Of a stretch of 45,917 nucleotides of DNA, positions 11,217 through 20,428 are shown piece by piece. The notes under the pieces are model-generated. The model had not been told where the DNA came from. It saw only the letters and a list, made by a program, of their open reading frames with translations, and ran no database searches. The position numbers and the translations under genes were made by a program. The stretch is taken from NCBI GenBank assembly GCA_035502295.1, contig DATJUL010000274.1, positions 1 to 45,917 on the forward strand. Direction: 5' to 3'. The stretch is from Stellaceae bacterium. GTDB lineage: Bacteria; Pseudomonadota; Alphaproteobacteria; ATCC43930; CGMCC-115725. Position 1 is the first letter of the stretch, and each line of letters opens with the position of its first letter.

Positions 11217-11597
11217 TTAGATCAGCCATACTGAGAGCCAGGCGAGCAAAGTCAGCAGGACCGTCGCCACGAGCACGGCATAACCGCTGAGATGAGCCTT
11301 GCGGATTTCGAACCCGTAGCCGGCGTCGCAAACGAGGTGCCTGATGCCATTGCACAGATGGTAGAAGAATGCGACCGACCAAAGAAACAACAGCAGCACC
11401 CCTACCGGCGAGGCGATCAAGGCGTGCGTCGCCGCGAAGACTCGGCCGCCCGCCGCCACGGCAATGAGCCACCAGGCGAGCAGAATCGAGCCCACAGCCA
11501 GTGCAATACCGGTGAGCCGATGCAGGATCGACAGGCCGGACGTGATCTGAAAGTGGTACCACGTCGGAAACATGAACGGCGACAATGGGCGTTCCAT
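11217..11597 (-). CDS. sdhC: succinate dehydrogenase cytochrome b556 subunit
   Basis: Starts MERPLSPFMFPTWYHFQITSGLSILHRLTG. It has three TM helices and a GAGGAG SD upstream of the ATG at 11595-11597. The start is supported by the paralogous relic at 15185, which begins at the same ATG. Confidence 0.85.
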   Translation of the reverse strand: MERPLSPFMFPTWYHFQITSGLSILHRLTGIALAVGSILLAWWLIAVAAGGRVFAATHALIASPVGVLLLFLWSVAFFYHLCNGIRHLVCDAGYGFEIRKAHLSGYAVLVATVLLTLLAWLSVWLI

Positions 11598-11676
11598 GGC
11601 TATGCTTGCTCCTCGCTTTTTCCAAGATGTGGAGAAGGACCCCGATCCTTTAGGCACCCGTAGGAAGCCTCTACTC

Positions 11677-12588
11677 CTATTGCAACGCGTGGCGCCATCG
11701 GCGCAGCGAAGCGAGGGTCGCCCATTGATGCGGCGGCGCCTCGATGACGACGGTGGCAGTCATGCCGGAGCTGACCAGCACACCCTTGGGCACCTCGTCG
11801 ATATGGATGCGCACCGGGATCCGCTGCGCGAGCCGGACCCACTCGAAGGTCGGGTTGGGATTGACGAGGAGCTCGGGCCCGGCGAGATTGTCGCGATCGG
11901 TAATGCCGCGAGCGATGCTCTCGACATGACCACGTAGTGCGGACGAGCCGTCCAGCAGATAGATCTCGGCCTGTTCACCCACCTTTACGGCCGGCATCTT
12001 GGTTTCCTCGAAAAAACCCGTCACCCGGTAGGAGTCGCTGTCGATCAGCGCCATGACCCTGGTGCCGACCGAGGCGTAATTGCCTGGCTCGAGGGTCAGG
12101 TTGGTCACAAACCCGTTGACGGGGGCGCGCAGGACGGTGCGGTCGAGGTTGAGCTGGGCGGTCGAGCGGTCCGCGACCGCCTGCTGGTAGGTGGCGGCTG
12201 CCGAGTTACCTTTAAATATGGCGTCCTCGCGCGCATCATCGGAGATCGCGATCGTCGTCAGCTTGGCCCGCCGTGCGGCTTGCTGCTCGGCGTTTTCCAT
12301 GTCCGCCTTGCGGGCGGCGACAGTCGCATCTGCCATGGCGAGGGCCCGCAGATAGCGGGCTCGATCGATGACGAGCAGCACATCGCCTTTGTGGACGAAT
12401 TGGTTGTCTTTGACCCGAACCTCATCGACAAAGCCGGCTACGTCAGGCGCGATGGTCACGACGTCGGCTTGCACCCGGGCGTCACGGGTCCATGGCGAGA
12501 ACAGGTAGTAGTTCCAGAGCTCATACCCGCCGACGCAGCTGGCGGCGACGACGACGAGGGTCAGCAAGACGCGCGCGATTTTTTTCAT
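11677..12588 (-). CDS. HlyD-family efflux membrane fusion protein (AaeA-like)
   Basis: 303-aa ORF with an N-terminal TM anchor. The TRDARVQADVVTIAPDVAGFVDEVRVKDNQFVHKGDVLLVID biotinyl-lipoyl-like hairpin is typical of MFPs that pair with FUSC pumps. Confidence 0.85.
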   Translation of the reverse strand: MKKIARVLLTLVVVAASCVGGYELWNYYLFSPWTRDARVQADVVTIAPDVAGFVDEVRVKDNQFVHKGDVLLVIDRARYLRALAMADATVAARKADMENAEQQAARRAKLTTIAISDDAREDAIFKGNSAAATYQQAVADRSTAQLNLDRTVLRAPVNGFVTNLTLEPGNYASVGTRVMALIDSDSYRVTGFFEETKMPAVKVGEQAEIYLLDGSSALRGHVESIARGITDRDNLAGPELLVNPNPTFEWVRLAQRIPVRIHIDEVPKGVLVSSGMTATVVIEAPPHQWATLASLRRWRHALQ

Positions 12589-12600
12589 AAGGACGTTCCC

Positions 12601-12801
12601 TCAGGGTCTCGTCAACAGAACGAGTCCAGAAAACAGGCAGACAAAAAGGGCGAGCCGCACCAGGGGCGGATGCCAGACGAATCGATAGAGGCCGATAGGG
12701 GATAGCAGCCGGTCGATTACCAGGAACAACACGATGGCCGCCAGGAAATAAAGCAGGAGCGAGGGCGCCAGTCCGCCGAAGAGGTCGACTTCACGCAGCA
12801 T
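12601..12801 (-). CDS. DUF1656 small membrane protein (AaeX-like)
   Basis: 66-aa C-terminal part of the 12601..13062 ORF (MLREVDLFGGLAPSLLLYFLAAIVLFLVIDRLL...). It has two TM helices and lies between the FUSC and MFP genes, as in aaeXAB-type operons. Its start overlaps the FUSC stop. Confidence 0.7.
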   Translation of the reverse strand: MLREVDLFGGLAPSLLLYFLAAIVLFLVIDRLLSPIGLYRFVWHPPLVRLALFVCLFSGLVLLTRP

Positions 12802-15025
12802 CGGAATGCGCTCCTTCGAGTCTTCCGCCGGTGAGCAACGGGCCGCCGCGCTCGAGCTCGTCTCGAATGGCAGCAAAGGCGACCACCTTGCGCGTAGCGG
12901 ACCCCGCTTGCGCGGCGGCGACCTCGTCGTCGCGCAGTTCGGCAAGGCACTTCGCGGCCGCTTCCTCCGCGGTGCGTCGAGCGCGGTCGAGCCACTGCGT
13001 GGGCTGATTGCCGGCAAGCTCAGCGATATCGAGTTCGAGGGCGGCCGTCGTAGAGGACGCACGATCGTCGCGTACCCGGATCAGGTCGCGACCGGCGTCA
13101 AACAGCGCGATGGCGGCCTCATACACCGCAATGTCATCGGGTTGATCCGATCGGAGTTGGTTCCGCAGCTGGCCAAGAGCTTCGGTCATCGCGGTTTCGA
13201 ATTCGGCGAGTCGGATGCGCCAGTGGCGCGCCGCGATCCTCGGCAGCGCCCGGCGCGCGGCGCGGACGAAGCGACCGCGCGCGGCTTCCGGCGTTGCCGG
13301 TGCGATGATGGCCCAGAGCACCATCGCAGTCGCTGCGGCTACGACGGCGGCAATCGAGGTGTTGATGAAGCCCACGGGGTCGTAGACCATCCGGTCCACG
13401 AACCCGCCAGCCGAGGCGAAGAGCAGCGCGGACAAGTATCCGATGAGCATCGTCTTTTTGTGCGCAATCAGAAAAGCGCACAAAAAGAGCATCGGTGCCA
13501 CGGCGAGGGCGAACATCCCGAACCCATCGGCGAGGGGCAGCAGCACTTCGACGGTTATGAAGGCGGGGATCGTTGCGAGCGCAAAGATCAAGGTCGCCCC
13601 GACCGCAATCGGCACGGCGGGCGCCATCGTCGCCAGCCGCGCCGTCGCCACGGCGCCGAGGACCGCCGCCGTCGATCCGTGCGCCCAATTGGTCAGGATC
13701 CAGAAGCTGCTGACGAGGAAGACAGCAAGAGCGGCGCGCAGTCCGGTCCACAGCGCCCCCGCCAAGTCGTTGGAGTGAGCGAAGCCGATCCGGCGCGGCT
13801 CCGGTTTTGCGCCCGAAACAACGGCTTCGTAAGCCTCGGCATAGGCGGTCAATGCCGTGAAGAATTCGCGCAGCCTGGCGATGACCGCAATCCGCCCGAT
13901 CACCTCCTCGTCGGGCGCCGACTGATCGCGGCATAGCTGTCGGACGAGAGGGAGGCACGCTCGTGCTCGAACGAGACCCCGCTCGAGCCCGGAGGCGTCG
14001 AGCGAAGCGGCGCGCCATGCCTTGATCGAAACGGTGGCTTTGGCGATGGCGTCACCGAGCCCCGCTTCCGCCAGTGGACCAGTTCCGCCGAGCGCATCGA
14101 GCGCCCGGCGCAGGAGTTGTGCCGTACCGACGGCATTGATCAACGCCAGGTCGAGGAGCCGCATGGCGTTGCTCCGGGCACGGATCTGACGATCCTCGAA
14201 AATTGCCGAAGCGCGCAAATTCTCGATTTCTATCGCCAGGCCCAACAATTTCGTCCGCAACGTTGCGGTGTCGCCGGCACCGAAGAGCGCAACGGCGTAG
14301 TCGGCGAGCCCCGCTTGAGCGCCGGCGACCGCTCGCCATAGCGAGGGGACCAGCGAGGTCGGCACGACGACGTGGCTGACCGTCGCCGCCACGATGATGC
14401 CCAGGCTGATCTCGGTGACACGCCCTGTGGCGATGTAAAACGCATTCCCGGCATCGAGCGCGGCCGGGATGCCGACGATCGCCACGGTGTAACCGGAAAG
14501 CACGAAGCTATAGGCGGCCCAGTTTCTCGCGTATTGCGAGCCAAAGGCGCAGAGCCCGATCCACAGGGCGAGAGCGCCGAGAAAGAGGACGCGCTCCTGC
14601 GCGCAGAGGCCGATGAGAATGAGCGCCATGGCGGCGCCGATCACTGTCCCGATAACGCGATAAAAGCTCTTCGCCAAGACCTGCCCGCTCTGCTGCGGCT
14701 GCGAGACTATAAAGACCGTCAGCAATGCCCAATACGGCTGGTCGAGGTTGAAGGTGAAGGCGACGAGCAGGGCGATCAGCCCCGAAGCCGTGGTTTTTGC
14801 TGCAAATATCCATGGCACCCAGTTGCTCCGGGGAACTGTTCCTTTCAGGTCGAACCGGGGTTTGGGTAAGACGACCGTCGAGACGTCGTGGCGCTGCACG
14901 CGTCCCGCTAGAACCAGGTCAGGCGGCGGCATCAGCCGCGCTTGTCGACCGTAAGCGCTATTTGCATATCCCGGCATCACCAAGTTCTCAGAACTGAGCC
15001 GGAGTATCTCCCACGGATGGGTCAC
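12791..15025 (-). CDS. FUSC-family (fusaric acid resistance / AaeB-like) efflux transporter
   Basis: 744-aa ORF. The motif FNLDQPYWALLTVFIVSQPQQSGQVLAKSFYRVIGTVIGA is typical of FUSC, and the membrane domain is duplicated. The start is uncertain: GTG at 15025, or ATG at 14977 or 14932. Confidence 0.85.
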   Translation of the reverse strand: MTHPWEILRLSSENLVMPGYANSAYGRQARLMPPPDLVLAGRVQRHDVSTVVLPKPRFDLKGTVPRSNWVPWIFAAKTTASGLIALLVAFTFNLDQPYWALLTVFIVSQPQQSGQVLAKSFYRVIGTVIGAAMALILIGLCAQERVLFLGALALWIGLCAFGSQYARNWAAYSFVLSGYTVAIVGIPAALDAGNAFYIATGRVTEISLGIIVAATVSHVVVPTSLVPSLWRAVAGAQAGLADYAVALFGAGDTATLRTKLLGLAIEIENLRASAIFEDRQIRARSNAMRLLDLALINAVGTAQLLRRALDALGGTGPLAEAGLGDAIAKATVSIKAWRAASLDASGLERGLVRARACLPLVRQLCRDQSAPDEEVIGRIAVIARLREFFTALTAYAEAYEAVVSGAKPEPRRIGFAHSNDLAGALWTGLRAALAVFLVSSFWILTNWAHGSTAAVLGAVATARLATMAPAVPIAVGATLIFALATIPAFITVEVLLPLADGFGMFALAVAPMLFLCAFLIAHKKTMLIGYLSALLFASAGGFVDRMVYDPVGFINTSIAAVVAAATAMVLWAIIAPATPEAARGRFVRAARRALPRIAARHWRIRLAEFETAMTEALGQLRNQLRSDQPDDIAVYEAAIALFDAGRDLIRVRDDRASSTTAALELDIAELAGNQPTQWLDRARRTAEEAAAKCLAELRDDEVAAAQAGSATRKVVAFAAIRDELERGGPLLTGGRLEGAHSDAA

Positions 15026-15032
15026 AATGACT

Positions 15033-15185
15033 TCACCGGCTTCGGGTCAATAAATCGGCTTTGAGGTTTGAGATCGAGCCGATCGCCAGCGCAATGCCGG
15101 CTAGCCGGTGCAGGACCGACAAGGCCGACGTGATCTGAAAGCGGGACCGCTTCGGAAGCATGAATGACAACAGTCGCCTTTCCAT
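15033..15185 (-). pseudogene. relic of an sdhC 5' end (about 38 homologous codons, then divergence and a stop)
   Basis: Manual translation gives MERRLLSFMLPKRSRFQITSALSVLHRLAGIALAIGSISNLKADLLTRSR*. This aligns with SdhC MERPLSPFMFPTWYHFQITSGLSILHRLTGIALAVGSILL, and the nucleotides are roughly three quarters identical by eye. It starts 4 nt after the sdhE stop. Confidence 0.6.
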
Positions 15186-15188
15186 AGG

Positions 15189-15491
15189 TCATCTCTTCCT
15201 CTGATGGCAGTTCGAGGAGCGCAGCATGCGCATCACGTCGTGGTCGTGTGCCGGCGGCGGCGCGGCGCGGCCGGTGACCCAATCGAACAAATCGGTGTCG
15301 GAGCAGTCCATCAAGGCTTCGAACCGGTCCAACTGCGCGGTACTGAAACCAGCGAGAGAGGTCTCGGCGAACGAGCCGAAAATCAGGTCGATTTCCTGTG
15401 TGCCGCGGTGCCAGCAACGGAACAGGAGCCGCCTGCGGCGGATTTCGGCGTCGTCGGTTCGCGGGCCCGGAGCGCTGCCGATATCGATCAT
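15189..15491 (-). CDS. sdhE: FAD assembly factor SdhE (SDHAF2/DUF339)
   Basis: Contains RRRRLLFRCWHRGTQEIDLIFGSFAE...FEALMDCSDTDLFDWV, which includes the RGxxE motif. ATG chosen at 15491 (MIDIG...). The ORF-track start at 15509 is a TTG that overlaps the cydB stop. Confidence 0.85.
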   Translation of the reverse strand: MIDIGSAPGPRTDDAEIRRRRLLFRCWHRGTQEIDLIFGSFAETSLAGFSTAQLDRFEALMDCSDTDLFDWVTGRAAPPPAHDHDVMRMLRSSNCHQRKR

Positions 15492-15505
15492 GATCGTTTT
15501 CCCGC

Positions 15506-16492
15506 TCAATAGTGGCCTGCCGTCGGTTTGACCTTGCCGCGAAAGACGGCGAGGCTGATCGCGGTGTAGACGAGCATCAGCGGGAAAACGATGATGCCCG
15601 CTCCCCAGAACATAAAGGCGAGGCTCGAATGGGGTGCTGCAGCCTCATCGAGCGTGATCGAGAACGGGATCATGTACGGCCAGAACGAGATCGCCAATGT
15701 GCCGAAGGCGGCCGCGAAAATCAGCGCGACCATGGTGAACGGAACTCTATCCCGGCGGCGACGAACGCTCTCGGCCGCCACCAGCGCCGCAATCACACCG
15801 ATCGCCGGGAAAGCAAACAGATACGGGCGCTCGAGCCATCGGTGCACGACCCGAAGGTTCTCGGCTAACGCATAGGCGAAGACGACGACCAGGAAAGCGA
15901 GCAGGGCGACGGCCAGATAGGGGATCACGCGGTAGGCTGCGTCGCGAACCTCGCCTTCGCACTTCCTGACGAGCCAGCAGGCGCCGAGCAAGGTATAGCC
16001 GAGGCAGAGACCGATGCCGCACAACACGGCAAAGGGACTGAACCAGCCGAATTCGCCGCCGGTATACTGGCCGTTGGCTATCGGCAACCCCTCCACCAGG
16101 GCGCCGACCGCCATGCCTTGGATAAACGCGGCGACGAGCGATCCTCCGGCAAAGCCGGCGTCCCAGACCCAGCGCAGCCGCTCGGTCTTGTAGCGATACT
16201 CGAACGCCACGCCGCGCAGGATCAGTCCCGCCAGCCCTAGCAGAAGGGGGAGATAGAACGCCGAAAGCAGCGTCGCATAGACGACCGGAAAGGCCCCCCA
16301 CAGGACCACGCCGACGACGACGAGCCAGGTCTCGTTGCCATCCCAGATCGGCGCCACCGCGCTCATCATCGCGCGCCGCCTCGTCTCGTCCTGCGTCAAG
16401 CCGAAGAGGATGCCGACTCCGAGATCGAACCCGTCGAGCATCACGTAAAGGAGTACGCTGACGGCCAGTATCGCCACCCAGAACATGACCAT
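15506..16492 (-). CDS. cydB: cytochrome bd-type quinol oxidase subunit II (CioB-like)
   Basis: 328-aa part of the 15506..16843 ORF, starting MVMFWVAILAVSVLLYVMLDGFDLGVGILF. Contains APIWDGNETWLV. Confidence 0.9.
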   Translation of the reverse strand: MVMFWVAILAVSVLLYVMLDGFDLGVGILFGLTQDETRRRAMMSAVAPIWDGNETWLVVVGVVLWGAFPVVYATLLSAFYLPLLLGLAGLILRGVAFEYRYKTERLRWVWDAGFAGGSLVAAFIQGMAVGALVEGLPIANGQYTGGEFGWFSPFAVLCGIGLCLGYTLLGACWLVRKCEGEVRDAAYRVIPYLAVALLAFLVVVFAYALAENLRVVHRWLERPYLFAFPAIGVIAALVAAESVRRRRDRVPFTMVALIFAAAFGTLAISFWPYMIPFSITLDEAAAPHSSLAFMFWGAGIIVFPLMLVYTAISLAVFRGKVKPTAGHY

Positions 16493-16494
16493 GG

Positions 16495-17913
16495 CTATTC
16501 TCCCGCCGGGACACGGCCAGCGGCCGACGCGATATGGTGCTCGTCGACGACCGACATCGGGCGATTGGGAACTGCCGCAGCCGGTGGCAGAACCAGGCGC
16601 CCTTCCGGTCCAGCCCGCAGCAGGCGGTAGATGTAGAGAAGGCCGAAGACGAAGATGAAGGTATAGATCGCGCAGAAGACGACGAGCGAGATCGCCGCCG
16701 CACGCGCCGTCAGAAACGGCGTCATCGCGTCGGCGGTCCGCAAGACCCCATAAACCGTCCAGGGCTGGCGCCCGACCTCGGCGGTGAACCAGCCGGTCAA
16801 TATTGCAATGAACGGCAGTGGGAAGCTGAGGAACGTCGCCCACAGCAGCGGCCGGTACTGTTCGATGCGGGCCTTGTAGGTCAGATAGGATCCAACCCAG
16901 GCGAGGAACAGCATGACGAGCCCGCAGCCGACCATGATACGGAACGTGAAGAACGGGATCAGCACCGGCGGCCGATCCTGCGGCGGGATGCTGTCGAGCC
17001 CGACCTCCGCCGCAGTGAGGCTGTCGGAGTCGATCAGGCTGCCCAACGGCGCCGGCAGCGTGATCGGGAAGAGGTTGCGCCCGTTTGCAACGTCAGGCCA
17101 AGCGAGCAGCACCTCGGACGCCGGCTGCTCGTCGTGCCACCGCGCTTCGATGGCGGCCATCTTCGACGGCTGGTGGTGAACGACATACTCGCCGCAGAGG
17201 TGTCCGAAGACGAGCTGGGCCGGCATCAGCACGGCTGCGAGATAGAGGCCCATGCGCAGCATGACGCGCGCCTCCGCCGCGAACAGTCCGCGCAGCAGAT
17301 ACCAGGCGCCGGTCGCGGCGGCGCAGAACGCGCCGGTCAAATAGGAGGCGAGCAGCATGTGCGGAAAGCGCACCCAGACGACCGGGCTGAAGAGGATCGC
17401 GGCCCAGTCGTTCGGGACGAAGGCGCCATTCTCGACGACATAGCCGACCGGCACCTGCATCCAGCTGTTGTTGACCATGATCCAGAAGGCCGAGAACGTG
17501 GTGCCCAAAGCGACCATTGCGGTCGAGAACAGGTAGAACCACGGCGGCACACGCGAGCGGCCGAACAGCAGCACGCCGAAAAAGCTCGCCTCCAGCGCAA
17601 AGGCGGTGAACGTCTCGTAAGCAAGGAGCGGGCCCTGGATCGGGCCGGACATGCGCGCCAATACGCTCCAGTTAGAGCCGAACTGGAACGCCATGACGAT
17701 GCCGGAGACGACGCCGAGGCCGAAGGCGACGCCGAAAATCTTGAGCCAGAACTCGAAGACGAGCCGGTAGGTCGGCCGCCCGGTCGCGAGATAGAGCGCC
17801 TCGAGTACGGTCAGCCAAGCGGCCAGCCCGATCGTGAAAGACGGGAAGATGATGTGGAACGAGACGGTAAACGCGAACTGCAGTCGCGATAGAAGCAGCG
17901 CCGTTAGGTCCAT
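16495..17913 (-). CDS. cydA: cytochrome bd-type quinol oxidase subunit I (short Q-loop, CioA-like)
   Basis: 472-aa part of the 16495..18492 ORF, starting MDLTALLLSRLQFAFTVSFHIIFPSFTIG. Has a GAGG SD. Its length fits the cyanide-insensitive short-Q-loop class. Confidence 0.9.
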   Translation of the reverse strand: MDLTALLLSRLQFAFTVSFHIIFPSFTIGLAAWLTVLEALYLATGRPTYRLVFEFWLKIFGVAFGLGVVSGIVMAFQFGSNWSVLARMSGPIQGPLLAYETFTAFALEASFFGVLLFGRSRVPPWFYLFSTAMVALGTTFSAFWIMVNNSWMQVPVGYVVENGAFVPNDWAAILFSPVVWVRFPHMLLASYLTGAFCAAATGAWYLLRGLFAAEARVMLRMGLYLAAVLMPAQLVFGHLCGEYVVHHQPSKMAAIEARWHDEQPASEVLLAWPDVANGRNLFPITLPAPLGSLIDSDSLTAAEVGLDSIPPQDRPPVLIPFFTFRIMVGCGLVMLFLAWVGSYLTYKARIEQYRPLLWATFLSFPLPFIAILTGWFTAEVGRQPWTVYGVLRTADAMTPFLTARAAAISLVVFCAIYTFIFVFGLLYIYRLLRAGPEGRLVLPPAAAVPNRPMSVVDEHHIASAAGRVPAGE

Positions 17914-17927
17914 TGGAAGCCTCGCTG

Positions 17928-19664
17928 TCAGCGCCATAGGTTGGTTCGGGCGAGGTCGATCAGCTCGTCGCCGCGGCCGCTCATCACCGCCTTCACCATG
18001 TAGAGGGTGAAGCCTTTCGCCATCTCCAGCGTGACGGAAGGCGGCATCGCCAGCTCGGTGCGGTTCACCACCGCATCGACCAGGACGGGCCCATGATGCG
18101 CGAGCGCAGCGGCGATCCCGTCGGCAACCTCGCCCGCGTCTTCGAGCCGGATCCCGCGGATGCCGACGGCTTCGGCCATCGCCGCAAAATTCGGGTTCTT
18201 GAACTCGGTGCCGAACGGGAGAAAGCCGGTCGATTTCTGCTCGAGCTCGATAAAGCCGAGCGTGCCGTTGTTGAATACGACGACCTTCACCGGCAGGCCG
18301 AGTTCGGTGAGGCTGAGAAAGTCGCCCATCAGCATCGCGAACCCGCCGTCGCCCGACAGCGAGATCACCTGGCGTCCCGGGAATGCCGCCTGCGCTCCGA
18401 TCGCCTGGGCCATCGCATTGGCCATCGAGCCGTGCCAGAACGAGCCGAGCAGGCGCCGCTTGCCGTTCATCGCCAGATAGCGCGCGGCCCACACTGTCGG
18501 CAGCCCGACATCGCAGGTGAAGACAGCGTCCTCCGCGGCCTGGTCGCTGATTACCTTGGCGACTTGCTGCGGATGGATGAGGCCTTTACCGGGCGAGCCG
18601 ACCCCTAGATCGTCGAGCGCCTGGCGCGCCTTGGCGTAATGCGCGCGCGCCTGCGCCAGATGCGCCCCGTCGCGCTTCTGCTGCAACAGCGGCAGCAGCT
18701 CGCGGATCGTGGCGCCGACATCGCCGACGATGCCGAGATCGACCGCCGCGCGGCGCCCGATGTGCTCGGCGCGTAGCTCGACCTGGGCGATGCGCACGCC
18801 GGCACCCTGCGGATAGAACTGGCGATACGGAAAATCGGTGCCGAGCATCAGCAGCACGTCGCAATCGAGCATCGCGTAGTAGCCGGAGGAAAATCCGATC
18901 AGCCCGGTCATGCCCACGTCGTACGGGTTGTCCCACTCGACGTGCTCCTTGCCCCGCAGCGCATGCACCATCGGCGCTTTGAGGCACTCGCCGAGCGTGA
19001 GAAGCTCGGCATGCGCTCCGGCACAGCCGGAGCCGCAGAGGATCGTTACGCGGCCTTCGCCGTTCAGCAGCGCGGCGAGCCTGTCCAGATCGCGCTTCTC
19101 GGGCGTGACGACCGGCGCCGGCGGCAGCAGGGCGGCGGGTTTTGCCGGCGGCGCGTCGGCGGCCGGTTGCAGCGCCACGTCGCCGGGGATCACAATCACC
19201 GAGACGCCGCGCTTGGCGACGGCCTCGCGGATCGCGACCTCGAGCGTGCGCGGCATCTGATTGGCGCCGGAGACTAGCTCGCAATAGTGGCTGCACTCGC
19301 GAAAGAGCTGCTGCGGATGGGTTTCCTGGAACTAGCCGGCGCCGATCTCGGCGGAGGGGATCTGCGCCGCGATTGCCAGCACCGGCACGCGCGAGCGGTG
19401 ACAGTCGAAGAGACCATTGATCAGGTGCAAATTGCCCGGGCCGCAACTGCCGGCACAGACCGCGAGTTCGCCAGTCAGATGCGCCTCGGCGCCGGCCGCG
19501 AAGGCGGCTACCTCCTCGTGGCGGACATGCAGCCACTCGATCTTTCCCTGCCGGCGAACGGCATCGGTAATGCCGTTGAGGCTGTCGCCGACGATGCCGA
19601 AGATGCGTCTGACGCCAACCGTGGCGAGGGTCGCGGCGAATTGATCGGCAACGGTCTCTGCCAT
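17928..19664 (-). pseudogene. poxB: pyruvate dehydrogenase (quinone) / pyruvate oxidase PoxB, interrupted by one in-frame TAG at 19332-19334
   Basis: ORFs 19332..19664 and 17928..19256 are in the same frame, and the whole span is 579 codons. Together they are collinear with E. coli PoxB from recall (..[26 protein letters not shown].., ..[10 protein letters not shown].., ..GSMANAM.., ..GDGGF..). The sequence reads [21 protein letters not shown] where PoxB has [10 protein letters not shown]. Confidence 0.85.
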
Positions 19665-19776
19665 TGTGCGCTCCTGCAGCGAAATAACGGGGCCAAAACC
19701 TCTCAGCGAGTTGCGACAAACCCGAGGCGTTCAGCAACGCCATCCCCATTTCGCGCAATGGCCGATCCAGCGTCGT

Positions 19777-19866
19777 AAGCGGGTAGCGGTGCGCATCGGC
19801 ATAGGCGAAGATGCGGAATTGCAGCATCTTGTCGGGAGAAAAGCTGAAGCCGGACACTGGGCCGAA
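19777..19866 (-). pseudogene. catalase gene relic (proximal heme-ligand region only)
   Basis: Translation gives FGPVSGFSFSPDKMLQFRIFAYADAHRYPL. RIFAYADAH fits the catalase proximal heme-ligand pattern R-x-F-x-Y-x-D-[AST]-[QEH], and SPDKMLQ is the conserved preceding motif. It is bounded upstream by a TAG and loses similarity downstream. Confidence 0.55.
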
Positions 19867-19899
19867 CTAATCGGAACAAGGGGGTTCATCCACAGCTCT

Positions 19900-20379
19900 C
19901 TAAGTGCGGAAGCCGAGAAACACAAGCATGAGTCCAATCAAGAAAGTGACCCCATAGACCACCAACCACAGCACGTGCAGTCTAAACCGATGAAAAACAG
20001 GATGCTGGGCGTTATGCGCTATGGAACAGTCAGAATTAATTTGATCCAAGCCTTTCGTGATCCCGTGCTCAAAGGCCGATCTAAAACCTCTAAGCTGCCT
20101 CAGATGAAATTCATATCTCTCATAGTGCTTGTGGGCAACTAATGCGCCGACGATACTACTACCGCAAATCGCAAGTCCAGCGACCCATACATGCCGATAG
20201 TCGCCGCCTCCTCCAACGGCAAACGCCAACAAACCGGCAATGAGCGCCATAAATAGCGCAGTTGCCGTGCCCCGGAACTCCTGGTGTTTTCGCGCTTGCT
20301 CGGCGTTTTCTTCGTACATCATCCGCAAGTACTCCCGATCCTCGGGAGTCGGTAGTACCCCCTGACCGCTCGCCATCAT
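19900..20379 (-). CDS. hypothetical membrane protein (3 predicted TM helices), orphan gene in a low-GC patch
   Basis: 159-aa ORF. Local GC is clearly lower than the flanks (about 47-50% by eye against about 65%). I recognised no family. Confidence 0.6.
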   Translation of the reverse strand: MMASGQGVLPTPEDREYLRMMYEENAEQARKHQEFRGTATALFMALIAGLLAFAVGGGGDYRHVWVAGLAICGSSIVGALVAHKHYERYEFHLRQLRGFRSAFEHGITKGLDQINSDCSIAHNAQHPVFHRFRLHVLWLVVYGVTFLIGLMLVFLGFRT

Positions 20380-20428
20380 CGCCTCCCGTCACAACTACGC
20401 GCGCGGAGCTGTATAAGGACGTTTTCAG

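Noticed and set aside
19332-19334. Programmed recoding (pyrrolysine at the poxB TAG, selenocysteine at the TGA at 277-279).
   Set aside because: The poxB stop aligns with an ordinary Tyr, one base away from TAG. I saw no SECIS-like hairpin directly downstream of the TGA, and the window has no pyl or sel genes. Mutation or sequencing error is more parsimonious.
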